NCBI GenBank assembly: GCA_964016885.1
Contig: OZ024751.1
Location: forward strand, 42,842,001-42,906,000
Length of the DNA: 64,000 nt
Reading direction: 5' to 3'
DNA from: Eledone cirrhosa
Taxonomy: Eukaryota
Shown here: one piece after another, positions 30,831 to 44,840 of the stretch
Position numbering within the stretch: position 1 is the stretch's first letter
Layout of the letters: each line of letters begins with the position of its first letter
Made by a program: the position numbers and the translations under genes
Notes under the pieces: generated by a model
The model's database searches: none
What the model was told of the DNA's origin: nothing
The model's input: only the letters and a program-made list of their open reading frames with translations

Positions 30831-31197
30831 ACACATATACTATATGGTTGTCATAAAGCTGTTCTAGATGATGTATAAGATTTCATTGCTTTATTTATAC
30901 ATCTAGATTTAGCTATATCTATCGTATATTATATATCATACCTCTGGATCTAATCTCACACACTCATCCATCTTATTCGTACGGTCTCTATCATACTCCT
31001 TGAAGTTATTGTTATACCTCTTGATCCAGAGTTACCTCTCTTTACCTTAAGAACTCTTCAATTCTTGACATAGAGTTATCCTCCTTCACTCTAATATATC
31101 CCTCATACCTCTGGATACAGAACTATTCCGCGTTACTTTAATATCTCCGTTATATATCTACTGTAAAATATCTTCCATACTTCTGTGACCGAGCGTT

Positions 31198-31660
31198 ACT
31201 TGTCCACACCGTATCCGCTCTAAGCTCTTGTATATCCATGTATATGTATGACCATCGACCTGCCTCTCTCTAGCTGACCTACTCACCCTAACGTCTTTAT
31301 CATCTCATCTTATCCACGGCCCTTTGGCGAGGCAGCAAGCACAACTTGTCCACACCGTATCCGCTCTAAGCTCTTGTATATCCATGTATATGTATGACCA
31401 TCGACCTGCCTCTCTCTAGCTGACCTACTCACCCTAACGTCTTTATCATCTCATCTTATCCACGACCCTTTGGCGAGGCAGCAAGCACAACTTGTCCACA
31501 CCGTATCCGCTCTAAGCTCTTGTATATCCATGTATATGTATGACCATCGACCTGCCTCTCTCTAGCTGACCTACTCACCCTAACGTCTTTATCATCTCAT
31601 CTTATCCACGACCCTTTGGCGAGGCAGCAAGCACAACTTGTCCACACCGTATCCGCCCTA
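31198..31660. repeat. 146-bp tandem repeat x3.2, nearly identical units
   Basis: Units start at 31198, 31344, 31490 and 31636. Confidence 0.93.
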
Positions 31661-31908
31661 ACCGTATCCAACAGTCTCTGTTTCACATCAAATTTTGTCG
31701 GTCATCCTTATCCATTCCTGTGTCCTCTGTTATGGTATACTGGTATGTTTACAATAACGCCCCATCCTAGAGGCACCTCCTCTCTTCGCGCTAAAATCTC
31801 TCTGATATTTCCGACATAAAGACTTCTAATACAAATAGCTCTGGACTTATATGTATAACCTAAATATTTCGTCGCCTCCTACCGCCTTCAAATAAACAAA
31901 TTCAAAAG

Positions 31909-32001
<93 letters not shown>

Positions 32002-32076
32002 CATACACAGATATCTTTATTTATTCATATACATGCAATCTTTCTCACGGACACATATGCATATACATGTTATATA

Positions 32077-32157
<81 letters not shown>

Positions 32158-32352
32158 GTGTATAAAAGAGAACCACAACAATAACAAACAAAAACAAAGA
32201 CAAACAAAGCAGAAAATTAAATAAATTAACACTTCTGTCAATAAGAAACTTTCTTCTAAAGAACAATGATAAAAGCCACAGAGCAAATAATCAAATACGA
32301 ACTAATTCGATTTTGAAATTTGTTTCTCTCTCTTTCTCTGTCTCTATCTTTC

Positions 32353-32433
<81 letters not shown>

Positions 32434-32556
32434 TTCTTTCTTTCTCTCTCACACACACACTCTCTCTCTATCTATCTATCTCACTCACTCTCTCTCACTC
32501 TCTCCCTCTCTCTCACATACACACACACTCTCTCTACCCCCCTCAGTCCCTCTCTA

Positions 32557-32598
<42 letters not shown>

Positions 32599-33312
32599 AC
32601 ACACACAGATACAAAAACATACACACCAGCACCCACACAAATCCAAACACACACACAAACACACAAAACTACTCACAAACAAACAAACATACATACACAC
32701 ACAGATAAACACACACACATACAAACACAAACACAAACACACACACACATACATACACACACATACCTACAAACATACACACACACACACACACACATAC
32801 AAACATACACACATACACACACAAATAAAACAAAAAAATGAAAGAAAGTCGCAATTTTTTTTTATTTCTAGCACGAAGGAAGAAATAATTTCGGGCTTAT
32901 ATTTATTCATTGGTTAATCTTGAGTAACCTTTTGTTGGAATTTGTCATAATTTCTGAAACAAAATATTTACTTTCTTAGCTTTCCGCTTTTATTGTTGCT
33001 GTTGTTGTTGTTTTTGTTATGGTTTTGTATTAAAAAAAAAACAAAAAAAAACATTAGATAAATATAAATAACATGAGTAAAAAATAACTAAATTTTCTAC
33101 TGAAAATAATGCAGGAGAGGAACGTGACTAGAGGCGAACAGTATCGTCTGTTAATGAAATTAGTCTCAATTATATCACTCCTCTCCCTCTTATTACTACT
33201 ACCGTTGTTGTTAATGTTGATGTTGATTATGATGATGATGGGAATGATGGGTGATGAGGATGATGATGGTGGTAAATGATGGTGATGATGATGATGATGG
33301 TGGTGATGATGG

Positions 33313-33657
33313 TGATTATGATGATAATTATGATGGCGTTGATTATGATGATGATTATGATGGCGTTGATTATGATGATGATTATGATGGCGTTGATTAT
33401 GATGATGATTATGATGGCGTTGATTATGATGATGATTATGATGATGATTATGATGGCGTTGATTATGATGATGATTATGATGATGATTATGATGGCGTTG
33501 ATTATGATGATGATTATGATGATGATTATGATGGCGTTGATTATGATGATGATTATGATGGCGTTGATTATGATGATGATTATGATGATGATTATGATGG
33601 CGTTGATTATGATGATGATTATGATGATGATTATGATGGCGTTGATTATGATGATGA
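33313..33657. repeat. Compound minisatellite of GATTATGATGAT and GATTATGATGGCGTT units within a (GAT)n region
   Basis: Seen in sequence. Confidence 0.85.
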
Positions 33658-34324
33658 TAAGGATGATGATGAGGAGGATAATGGTGAAGATGATGACGGT
33701 AAGGTTGGTAATGATGATGATGGTTGTGTTGTCGGTGGTGCTGTCCGTGGTGGTGAGGATGATGATAATGGTGATGGTGGTGACGATGGGTGATGATAAT
33801 AATGGTGATGGTGGTGACGATGGGTGATGATAATAATGGTGATGATGATGGTGATGGTGACGATGATGGTGGTGGTGGTGACGATGGTGACGGTGATGGT
33901 TGTGTTGTCGATGGTGGTGATGATGGGGGTGATGAATATAATGGTGATGGTGGTGATGATAATGGTGATGATGATGGAGATGATGATAATGGTGATAGTT
34001 GTGATGATGGTTGTGGCAATCATCATCATGTTCATTATTGATAAGGCCGAAGAGAGGAGAAAATATATACAACAAACCAAGACCCAACTAACGAAAGAAT
34101 GAGTGAAAAAGGAAGACCCGCCGAAAGATATCGGGAGATGTTCGGAAGTCATTTGAACTGACTGATCAGATCTGACTTGCTATGTATCAATGTATAATAC
34201 AAACATACAAAGAAGAACACATACACACGCACACACACTCACATATATATGTACATATATGTATATATATATATATATAAATATATATATATACAAATAT
34301 CAAATACACACAAACACAGACTCG

Positions 34325-34412
<88 letters not shown>

Positions 34413-34430
34413 AATGGAAGGTATAGAAAA

Positions 34431-34455
34431 CATTGTAGCAAAAGCCAACAGTATT

Positions 34456-34523
<68 letters not shown>

Positions 34524-34548
34524 AATACTGTTGGCTTTTGCTATAATG
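34431..34548. repeat. Palindrome centred on (TA)n, ~28-bp unique arms
   Basis: CATTGTAGCAAAAGCCAACAGTATTCCA / TGGAATACTGTTGGCTTTTGCTATAATG, 1 mismatch. Confidence 0.9.
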
Positions 34549-34675
<127 letters not shown>

Positions 34676-34723
34676 TGAGAGAGGGGTATGTTTGCATGTG
34701 TGGGTATATATGTGTGTGAGTGA

Positions 34724-34776
<53 letters not shown>

Positions 34777-34830
34777 CTGTGCGTGCCGCTATGTATCACT
34801 GACTAGTCATTAAATACATTCATATTAGTA

Positions 34831-34888
<58 letters not shown>

Positions 34889-35332
34889 GCCCCCCCAATC
34901 CTGGTGGTTTGTAACACAACGTTAATAAAGATATATATCCTGTAAACAGTAATAAACACAACTATTAAATCCCCACAGATTCATAAATTGTAATATGTCG
35001 TCCGTGCTATGACAGTTATGTTCGCCCATTATGGACGCTGGCAGCCATATTAAAGCTGATTGTATTCGAGACCATTCTTTGCAAACGAGCTCTGGAAATG
35101 TGGTTTGGCTATCGAAACTGTTCTTATTCTATTTGTTGTAAACTACGATAAGTTATATAACTATTTGGGTTATTTTGGGATAAGACAAAAAATAATGAAG
35201 CAAAATTAAACGAAAACAAAACAAAACAAAACCAAAAACTCTTGTCTATTGTTTGCGTTCGATTTGGTGGACTTAGCTTTTGTTACCCAAAGTTTAGCTT
35301 TAGAAATGATGATGATGATGATGATGATGATG

Positions 35333-35376
<44 letters not shown>

Positions 35377-35429
35377 TATCATTGATATAACCACTATGCT
35401 CGTGATAATATTGAACGTCTTATTGCAAC

Positions 35430-35458
35430 AACTGCTACTACTACTACTACTATTGCTG

Positions 35459-35517
<59 letters not shown>

Positions 35518-35596
35518 GTGCTGCTGCTGCTGGTGCTACTACTACTACTACTATTGCTGCTACTGCTACTACTACTACTACTACTACTACTACTAT

Positions 35597-35648
<52 letters not shown>

Positions 35649-35667
35649 GCTGCTGCTACTGCTGTTG

Positions 35668-35732
<65 letters not shown>

Positions 35733-35754
35733 GCTGTGGCTGCTACTGCTGTTG

Positions 35755-35822
<68 letters not shown>

Positions 35823-35838
35823 GCTGTGGCTGCTGCTG

Positions 35839-35882
<44 letters not shown>
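35430..35882. repeat. (CTA/CTG)n tract
   Basis: Seen in sequence. Confidence 0.92.
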
Positions 35883-35883
<1 letters not shown>

Positions 35884-36004
35884 TTTCTTCTAATTCTAAC
35901 AATAAGCAGAACCACAACGACTACTATCGATATCATCAGCATCATCATCATCACCATTAACTGACCCACCGCCAACACAACCGTATTTATGAACATTATT
36001 AAGA

Positions 36005-36332
36005 GTGGATTGGCAGTATCGGTAGAGGGACGGACGCCATCCTTTGCTGCATAGAGTTACGGCCCTTACCATTCTGAGTTCAAATCCCACCGTGGCTAAC
36101 TTTGCCTTTCATCCTTCCGAGATCGATAAAATAAAGTACCAGTCACGCACTTCCCCAAATCGACTTTCCCCTCCCCCAAATTGCTGGCCTTGTGCCAAAA
36201 CTAGAAACAATTATTATGCCAGGACGGTGGATTGGCAGTAGAATCAGTAGAACGTATAGTTATGTCCCTTTACGTTCTGAGTTCAAATCCCGCCGAGGTT
36301 AGCTTTGCCTTTCATCCTTATAGAGTCGATAA
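36005..36332 (+). mobile_element. Full SINE copy (36005-36215) followed by a partial second copy
   Basis: Head, core and tail as at 7659 and 53909. Confidence 0.85.
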
Positions 36333-37142
36333 TTCTGTCCAAGGATGAGTCTTGTATTATCAGTCGCTTCATTCCACGGAAACCGAAATAAGCAGTGATC
36401 TGATGAGCCCTCCGGCTCGAGACAAACACTTTAGACATTGATAGAACAGCTGGAACATTCATTGTCGATACCGACGGAAGTCCTTCACTCTAAACCAAAT
36501 TTCAGTGGAAAAGGTTTCGGTCACACTCCGGCTAATGTAGAAAGAGACAGTTAACTATGATTGCTGCACGCAATGAGACCAAAAACCAAGAATAGATAAT
36601 TACCAAATGAACTTCATAACCACACACCCATATTTATGACTCTCCGACAGTTAACTATATGTTCTTTCTTTTTTTCATTTGTTTTTTCATCACTGCACTT
36701 ATCCCTTTGTGGTAATGAACAGTCAATTATATATTTATGATTCGCTCCCTTTTTTTAATTATTTTTGTAGTTATTTTTTTGTTGTTTTTTTTTTGTGGGG
36801 GAGAGCTTCTTATCCTCTCAGCATCATTGCATTATCAACTTGAAACTTCTAATCAACCGATATAGAACTATTTTCACATTAAGTAGTGACAGTTGTGACA
36901 TATTTTTTCTCCTCTTATTTCATATAGGTACACTAATTTGGGATTTAGAATTTGGCATTTTTTTTATTCTATTGCTTTCAGTATTCATAGTTGTTGTTGT
37001 TGTTGTTGTTGCTGTTGTTGTTGTTGTTGTTGCTGTTGCTGTTGTTGTTGTACACATCAGTTACTTTATTTTTCTAACTTGAACCATGAGATGCATTAGT
37101 GAATAATATATCTTTCTCTCCCTCCCCCCATTTCTCTCTCTC

Positions 37143-37394
<252 letters not shown>

Positions 37395-37762
37395 TATAAG
37401 CAGTATAGTTTATATGGCGTATTGTGAGATATGTAATAAATAATAAGGTGCTCGTAAAATCGGTTCAATGCGGAAAAATATATAATGCGGTAAAAGGATG
37501 AAAAAAAAATTAAATAAGGTTTTGCAGAATATATTTCTTCATGATGGTTCCATGTGTTTTGTTTAAAAGCTACCAGAATGTGAATTTGACGGTAAATTTT
37601 AGAAATCAGATAATAACAATGATGCTTACTATTATTTATAGACCCATATATTTCGGGAACAAATCCCTTCATCAAAAGATTAATCAAAGAAACTAGCTCG
37701 GAGATGGGGGTTTTTTTTTTTGTTGCTTTTCATTTGCCACCTTTTGAAAAATATGTGTGTGC

Positions 37763-37827
<65 letters not shown>

Positions 37828-37951
37828 GGAGGTGAGTTTTATTGTAGTACAATAAAGCAATGCAGATATCGGATAAGAAGCACTCTACAGTTTGTAGGAC
37901 TGGAGTATACATAATATATAAGATCAAAAGATGGTTAAAGGTGTTCCATGT

Positions 37952-38020
37952 ATTTTATTATGCGCATTTCAAAAACAAACATCATCATGCAATAATATTT
38001 GTGTTTTCATCAGATAAAAC
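37952..38020 (-). ncRNA. Minimal type I hammerhead (mirror copy)
   Basis: Reverse complement of 38146-38214. Confidence 0.85.
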
Positions 38021-38145
38021 AGGAGGACATGATATGAAGGCTAAAAAACACTTGTGGATAGTGCAGTTTTAAATCAACATATGATATGTTGATTTAAAAC
38101 TGCACTATCCACAAGTGTTTTTTAGCCTTCATATCATGTCTTCCT

Positions 38146-38214
38146 GTTTTATCTGATGAAAACACAAATATTATTGCATGATGATGTTTGTTTTTGAAAT
38201 GCGCATAATAAAAT
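38146..38214 (+). ncRNA. Minimal type I hammerhead, palindromic TGCGCA stem/loop III
   Basis: gttttat-CTGATGA-aaac..gtttt-GAAA-TGCGCA-TA-ataaaat. Confidence 0.88.
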
Positions 38215-38245
38215 ACATGGAACTCCTTTAACCATCTTTTGATCT

Positions 38246-38341
<96 letters not shown>

Positions 38342-38527
38342 ATATATATAAATATATAATATATATATATATAATATATATATATATATATGTGTGAATG
38401 TGTGTTTAATGGTAGCTATGATGCTTCCATAGGCGGTATGCCAGTTGAGCACTCAATGTTCTTACAGAGCAGAGTGTGATATAATATAAAACGAAAAATT
38501 AGTGATGCATCTGGACTCAGTTTATTG

Positions 38528-38617
38528 TGTGTTACAATTGTTTCGTCGGCAGATAGCTCGAGACACGATCATTGTATGGATCTGTCTGATTCTAGATCTG
38601 CAGGTTCTTCGGACACA
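38528..38617 (-). ncRNA. Hammerhead motif with CCGAAGA core variant and long stem II
   Basis: Minus strand: tgtgt-CCGAAGA-(~60 nt)-GAAA-CAATTG-TA-acaca; related to the 7535 and 52815 elements; capped by a perfect 46-bp palindrome at 38615-38660. Confidence 0.7.
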
Positions 38618-38746
38618 TGCAATACTTTCGGAACAAATTTGTTCCGAAAGTATTGCATGTAGAGAGAGAAAAAGAATTCTCTACTGTATTGGTCAGAGAA
38701 TATAAGATGTTCATGATGATGATTATATATATATATACACACACAT

Positions 38747-38809
<63 letters not shown>

Positions 38810-38840
38810 CACACACATATATATATATATATATCTATAT

Positions 38841-39081
38841 CTAAGGCGGGTAAAATTCCCGAGATCCATGGACGAGTTCTCTCCAGCGGTCTCTGTCCCT
38901 CATTATCGCTGCCATGTCCTGCGTCTCCAACAGACGAGTGTCAGCTCAAAAGTGACACAGATGAGACTGAGGTTAGCTGGACATGCTCACCGACATCCAG
39001 AGTTGACATTGCACTCAGTGCTCCTTTGGGAGCCCCTACATGGACACACTAGAAGAGGAAGACCAAGGTTAACGTATGTTG

Positions 39082-39083
<2 letters not shown>
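38841..39083. mobile_element. RTE-like LINE 3' end with internal inversion
   Basis: 38841-38942 is colinear with 16501-16605; 38940-39083 is the reverse complement of ~16616-16759. Confidence 0.85.
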
Positions 39084-39155
<72 letters not shown>

Positions 39156-39466
39156 GTGTGTGTGTTATATATATATATCATGAGGGACGAATATAGGAAA
39201 AAATGGCCTAGGGATAGCAGAAAAGGTGATTGCCATATGATATTAAGGAATGGTAAGAAAGGGGTTTGATGGAATGTACAGCACTGGAAAGAGACAGGAA
39301 AAGATGGAGAGTTCTGGTCCATTAGATATGCTTGCATGGGTTAGATGGGTCACCCGCATTATGAGACAAGTCTGGCCAGTTGGCTGAGCTGTACCTTGGT
39401 CAAATGGGATGGTATTTTGGCCAGATGCATCACTGATTTTTCGTTTTATATATATATGTATTTTTT

Positions 39467-39649
39467 TTATCTAAAGACATTTTTCCAATTCCATCCCGCC
39501 CGTTCCCTCAATCTATTTTATTTCTAATTCTTTCTTCTGATGAAGGACTAGTGTCCGAAACGTTAAGAGCCTCTTCCTGCTATATCAAGCGTTAACCTAA
39601 TATATACCTCCCATATACTGTACTGATTGTGTTGTTATTTCTATTTACC

Positions 39650-39653
<4 letters not shown>
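39467..39653 (+). mobile_element. Family B HHR element ending at (AC)n
   Basis: Reverse-complement homolog of 23009-23190. Confidence 0.8.
39533..39568 (+). ncRNA. Minimal hammerhead (GAAACGTT type)
   Basis: tctt-CTGATGA-aGGAC-tagt-GTCC-GAAA-CG-TT-aaga. Confidence 0.85.
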
Positions 39654-39736
<83 letters not shown>

Positions 39737-39742
<6 letters not shown>

Positions 39743-39925
39743 CAGTAAACTACTGGTGTCACGGTCAGTATAACTGACTTTCCACTCTCATTAATATTAC
39801 CGGCCTTGTGCCGAAAATACATATCATTATTGAGCATCGGTAGAATGTCGGACGCCATGTTTTGCAGCATAGAGTTATCGTCCTTTATAATTGCCGGCCT
39901 TGTGCCAAATGTAGAAGCAATTATT
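39737..39925. mobile_element. Two SINE fragments: minus-strand 3' part, then an internally deleted plus-strand copy
   Basis: GTACCAG, GGCCTTGTGCC, TCGGTAGA..CGGACGCCATG and AGAGTTA motifs; orientation of the first piece less certain. Confidence 0.55.
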
Positions 39926-40017
39926 ATATATTTAGAGAAAGAGATAGTATATATATATATATGAGTGTGTCTGTATATATATACATATTTATATATGTAT
40001 GTATGTATGTATATACG

Positions 40018-40051
<34 letters not shown>

Positions 40052-40346
40052 CAGACAAGACATATATAGATATGTGTTTGTGAATATATTTTCAATTTTT
40101 TGTATGTTGTCAGGTAGAATTACATTTTAAGAGAGAGATATATATAAGACATAATAATGTTGTCAAGTAATATTTAGTCAACAATTCACCATCATGCCTA
40201 CGGAGCAGCTGAAAAACTTAATCTAATTTCGTGCTGGTTCTCCTTAGATGACAAAAATATGATCATGTATATGTCTTTCTCGCTCCAACTCACCCCACCC
40301 TTCCGCCATCTCTCTCTCCATCTCTATATCTCTGTATCTCTGTATG

Positions 40347-40464
<118 letters not shown>

Positions 40465-40545
40465 ATAATAATAAAATTGAAGACTATATGTATATATATA
40501 TGTATATATGTGTATATATATATATGTGAATATATATATATGTGA

Positions 40546-40579
<34 letters not shown>

Positions 40580-40602
40580 GTATGTATATGTATGTATATA
40601 TA

Positions 40603-40641
<39 letters not shown>

Positions 40642-40743
40642 ATATATATACTTATATTTATATATGTGTGCGTCGATGTGAGTAAATTAGTAGGTATGCA
40701 AGTGCGTATATTTATGCAAGTATATATATATATATATACATGC

Positions 40744-40774
<31 letters not shown>

Positions 40775-40825
40775 TATATACATATATATATACATATATA
40801 TACATATATATATACATATATATAC

Positions 40826-40882
<57 letters not shown>

Positions 40883-40927
40883 CGTGCGTATATGTGTGTG
40901 TATGTATCTTTGTCTGTGGGTGTGTAT

Positions 40928-40971
<44 letters not shown>

Positions 40972-41439
40972 GAGCGTGTTTTCTTTTTACCTATCACAGA
41001 TTACCAATATATGCAACCAAATATATATATTTCACATACATATATCTATGCACAAAAATACACCATTATATCTAAATATATACGTGTGTGTGTGTGCGTG
41101 CAGACGTACGTGTACGTGTGTATCTGTTTGGATGTACCATCATGAATGTGTATGTATGTATATATGTGTCTGTCTGTGTGTGTCTGTCGTGTATTTGTGT
41201 GTTTAACCGACTAGTAATTTCTAAAGATTTTCTGTTCATACATTTTTCCCTACTTACTAGATCTTTCTATATAATATATCTCTAAAACTGTACAAGGATT
41301 TACCGAAATATCTTTGGTTTGATATATATCTATTTATTAATTTTCTACTATTTATTCTCAGATTTTTCTTAGAATTCATACGATCGCCTACACCCAGTTG
41401 ACGAATGGTTATAAGAAGATCGTTTCGAAAATCATTAAG

Positions 41440-41650
41440 TCCCAGTTTCAATCCTACTTCCTGGCATCTTCGGTTTGTGTCATTTACCATAGTCACGGGT
41501 TAAGTCGACCCGCTTGTGGAGGGAGAACCCCTCAAAATCTGCATGACGACTTCATGCCAGTGTTCTTATTATCCGATCCAATCCAATTCAAGGTCTTCTC
41601 ACTCCTGTTGAAAGTACCCCTACCTGGTTGCCCTCCACGGCTTTTTGTGA
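41440..41650 (-). pseudogene. Possible highly decayed LINE reverse transcriptase fragment
   Basis: MVNDTNRRCQEVGLKL resembles the segment after YADD in LINE RTs; upstream RHADF; weak. Confidence 0.3.
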
Positions 41651-42185
41651 GGTTTTGGTTGTGTCATGGATGTAGCTGTACTCACCCTACTTGGCCAATT
41701 GCGGGTTGGTGACGCTATTTAACCCATAGTTGCGGGGTGGATGGCTGTTGACTATGAGAAGTTGATCTACCCTTTTTACAGGTCTTGTTTTTTTGTGTAA
41801 GTGCGGCGTTTAGGGCTGTTTAAAGCTAAACAGGGACACAGGGGGACAGAGACACATAAACACACGCAACCACACATACATGCACATGCATACACACACA
41901 TACTTATATAAGCATACACACATACACATATCACATACTTATATGTGCATACATACATACATATATATATATATATATGTATGTATGTAAAAAATATATG
42001 TATGATATATATATATATATATAAATATATATATAAATATATATATGTGTGTGTGTGCGCGTGTGTGTGAACGTGTGTGTATGTGGTGGCGTGTGTTGGT
42101 GTGTGTGCGTGCGTGTATATTTGAATGTATATATATATATATATAAGACGATTATAGATTATATATATATATATACACACACACA

Positions 42186-42272
<87 letters not shown>

Positions 42273-42707
42273 CCACTAAACGTCTGCGTGTAATACTAGA
42301 TACTTATTTTTTATTTCCATCTCGTGACGACGTCGTTCGGTTTGAATAACTGTTCAGTCGAATAAAACGTCAAAATATTGTTCGTTAAACTTCAATGATT
42401 TCTGACTCATAGATTCTATGGTAGTTGCCACATGTTGAATTGTAGCTAAGAAGTACTGATGTGGTTAGTTGGTCATTAGCTTATATTAGTACTTATTTTA
42501 ATAACAATATTATTAGTGGTTATACAGAGGAAAGTCTCTCGCTGTGCTGTGCTGTGCTGTGCTGTGCTGTATAGTAGAATCAATACAGCATTGGACAAAT
42601 GTGTTTTAATTGCTTATGTCACTGAATGTAAGGAAGTATGTATGTATTCATTTTAGTATAGAAATTAATATCTACATAAACACAGGGGGATGCTGCATAT
42701 ATATATA

Positions 42708-42930
42708 GTAATAATAATAAAAGTGAAGACTAAAATCCAAAGAGGGTTCGATAAGGATAAATATATATGAAATATATAAGAACCATAGAGCAAATATTTA
42801 TTAAAATAACAGATTATAGTTTAAGCAAAGAATCGCTGCTTTCACCCTTAACGGGGTTTCAGAAGCAGCGATTCTTTGCTTAAACTTTAATCTGTTATTT
42901 TAATAAATATTTGCTCTATGGTTCATTTAT

Positions 42931-42934
<4 letters not shown>
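42708..42934. mobile_element. Asymmetric palindrome (arms 42780-42841/42863-42924) whose loop is a degenerate HHR core
   Basis: Minus-strand loop: CTGAAA-cCCC gttaa GGGt-GAAA-GCA..TGC-TT; 3' extension homologous to 7071-7163. Confidence 0.8.
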
Positions 42935-43010
<76 letters not shown>

Positions 43011-43085
43011 ATAAATGAAACAAACAAAACACAGGAGGCAATTTTAGACAGTTATATTAGGTTCACATGTATGTATGATTGTGTG

Positions 43086-43119
<34 letters not shown>

Positions 43120-43441
43120 TGTATGTATGTATGTTCTTCTGGTTTTATAATTTCACGAATTTTTTTTGCCAATAGAGAGAGGGTGTCGGTTTCTAACATA
43201 GTTACAAGACTCTCTCATTGGAAGTTACACCACATCAACTAGGTAGATATGTATGCATGTGTAGGTATGGATGTTATTGTATGTGTGGATGTGTATGTTT
43301 TGGGTTGTGTGTGTGTATGTGTATTGTGCTTTGTATCTGTACATATGTATATGCAGTTATTAGATGCAGAATTTTTGGAATGTTTTACATGTATGTATGT
43401 ATGTATGTATGTATGTATGTATGTATGTATGTATGTATGTA

Positions 43442-44393
43442 TGATGCGCGGGGACATAGAAATAGTCGAGCTGGATACCCGATCGCGTGGTTAAACCATT
43501 GGGAGTGAAGGACCCCTAGTCTTTGTCAGGGCATTCTTCTAAGAGAAGGCAACTTAGGAAACTGGGATAACTCCGACATAAATCCTGCGGCTCAGTAGTT
43601 ACCGATAATGTTGATCTTTTCTTCTTTTCGGGTTATAGCTACTGTCGCTCAGAGAGTGGGATTGGCTCAGTGCAGAGTCTTTCCTCACTTTAAAATAAAT
43701 CTTCACGCACAGGTATTGCACGATAGAATTAATTGATAGTTATTAATAATGGTATATCGTGCAATGACCATACTCGATAACGATGGTGTAGCCATCATGT
43801 ATGTATGTATGTATGTATGTATGCATGTATGTATGTATGTATGGTCGGGTCGTTGGCGACTAAACTGGCAACCCCACCAAGGTTTCTTGATGAAAAGGGT
43901 GGCTTTGGACATCCTGCAGGACTAAAAACAAAACCTGTCAAAGGGCAAAGGAGCTCTTAAGAGTCAATGGCCATCTAAAATCACTGGGAGAGATGACCCC
44001 TTAGCCTTTGTCAAGGCAGAGTTCTAGGAGAAGGAAAGCTCTGATATAGCACCTGCAACCCTGATGGTATCCAATGATGTTGACTTGTTCTTCTTTTTGG
44101 TAAATATCATCTTGGTTAAGAGAGTGGGACTGGCTTTGTGCAGTGCCTTTGCTCACTATAAAAGCTTCACAGCACAGGCATTGCTTTATATCTGGAGATC
44201 TCTCTGCACTTGTCGTCACATGGTACCATGGGCCCAGCACTATGTGTCAATAATTGTCACAAGTGTAGTGTTTGTACCAGTTTTCAAGTCGCTGGCTGGA
44301 CTAAAAAGTCACACTTGTTCAGCACATCGGTAGGGGTTCTCCTACATGGATATAAAGTAGTGGCTGTACTCGAAAACGAGTTGGCAGCCACCA
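43442..44393. mobile_element. Two related repeat copies (43442-43796, 43843-44393) separated and bounded by (TATG)n
   Basis: Shared GACCCC.TAG.CTTTGTCA.GGCA...CTA.GAGAAGG, AATGTTGA, AGAGAGTGGGA.TGGCT and terminal TACTCGA.AACGA...AGCCA.CATG. Confidence 0.7.
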
Positions 44394-44637
44394 TGTATGT
44401 ATGTATGTATGTATGTATGTATGTATGTATGTATGTATGTATGTATGTATGTATGTATGCATGTATGTATGTATGTATTATGGTCCTGTAACTCCCGAGG
44501 GAAACGTAGGGGCGCCGTAGTGGTATACAACGTTTCTAGGGCACTTTTAAACCTGGGGAGCGGAGTCCATCTTCTCTCCAGGTCTGACCAGATTTCTTTC
44601 CGGGAAAGATAAAAAGTGAGAGAGAGGGAGAGAGAGA

Positions 44638-44723
<86 letters not shown>

Positions 44724-44749
44724 AGTGAAAAAGAGATATAGAGAAAGAA

Positions 44750-44840
44750 TCGACCCCAGTACAAGACAGGTACTTTTTTATTGACCTCGAATGGATAAAA
44801 GGCAAAGTTCACCCCGGCGAAATTTGAACTCGGAGAGTAA
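44750..44840 (-). mobile_element. SINE fragment
   Basis: GGTACTTTTTTATTGACCTCGAATGGATAAAAGGCAAAGTT..AATTTGAACTC. Confidence 0.7.

Larger units (their letters stand above)
37825..38255. mobile_element. TA-bounded asymmetric palindrome, 172-bp arms (37911-38082/38084-38255), one HHR per arm
   Basis: 1-nt loop, 2 mismatches seen, ~86-nt unpaired left extension. Confidence 0.9.

Noticed and set aside
36400-36430. CTGATGA-GCC ctcc GGC-TCGAGAC
   Set aside because: No GAAA and no pairing stem I or III
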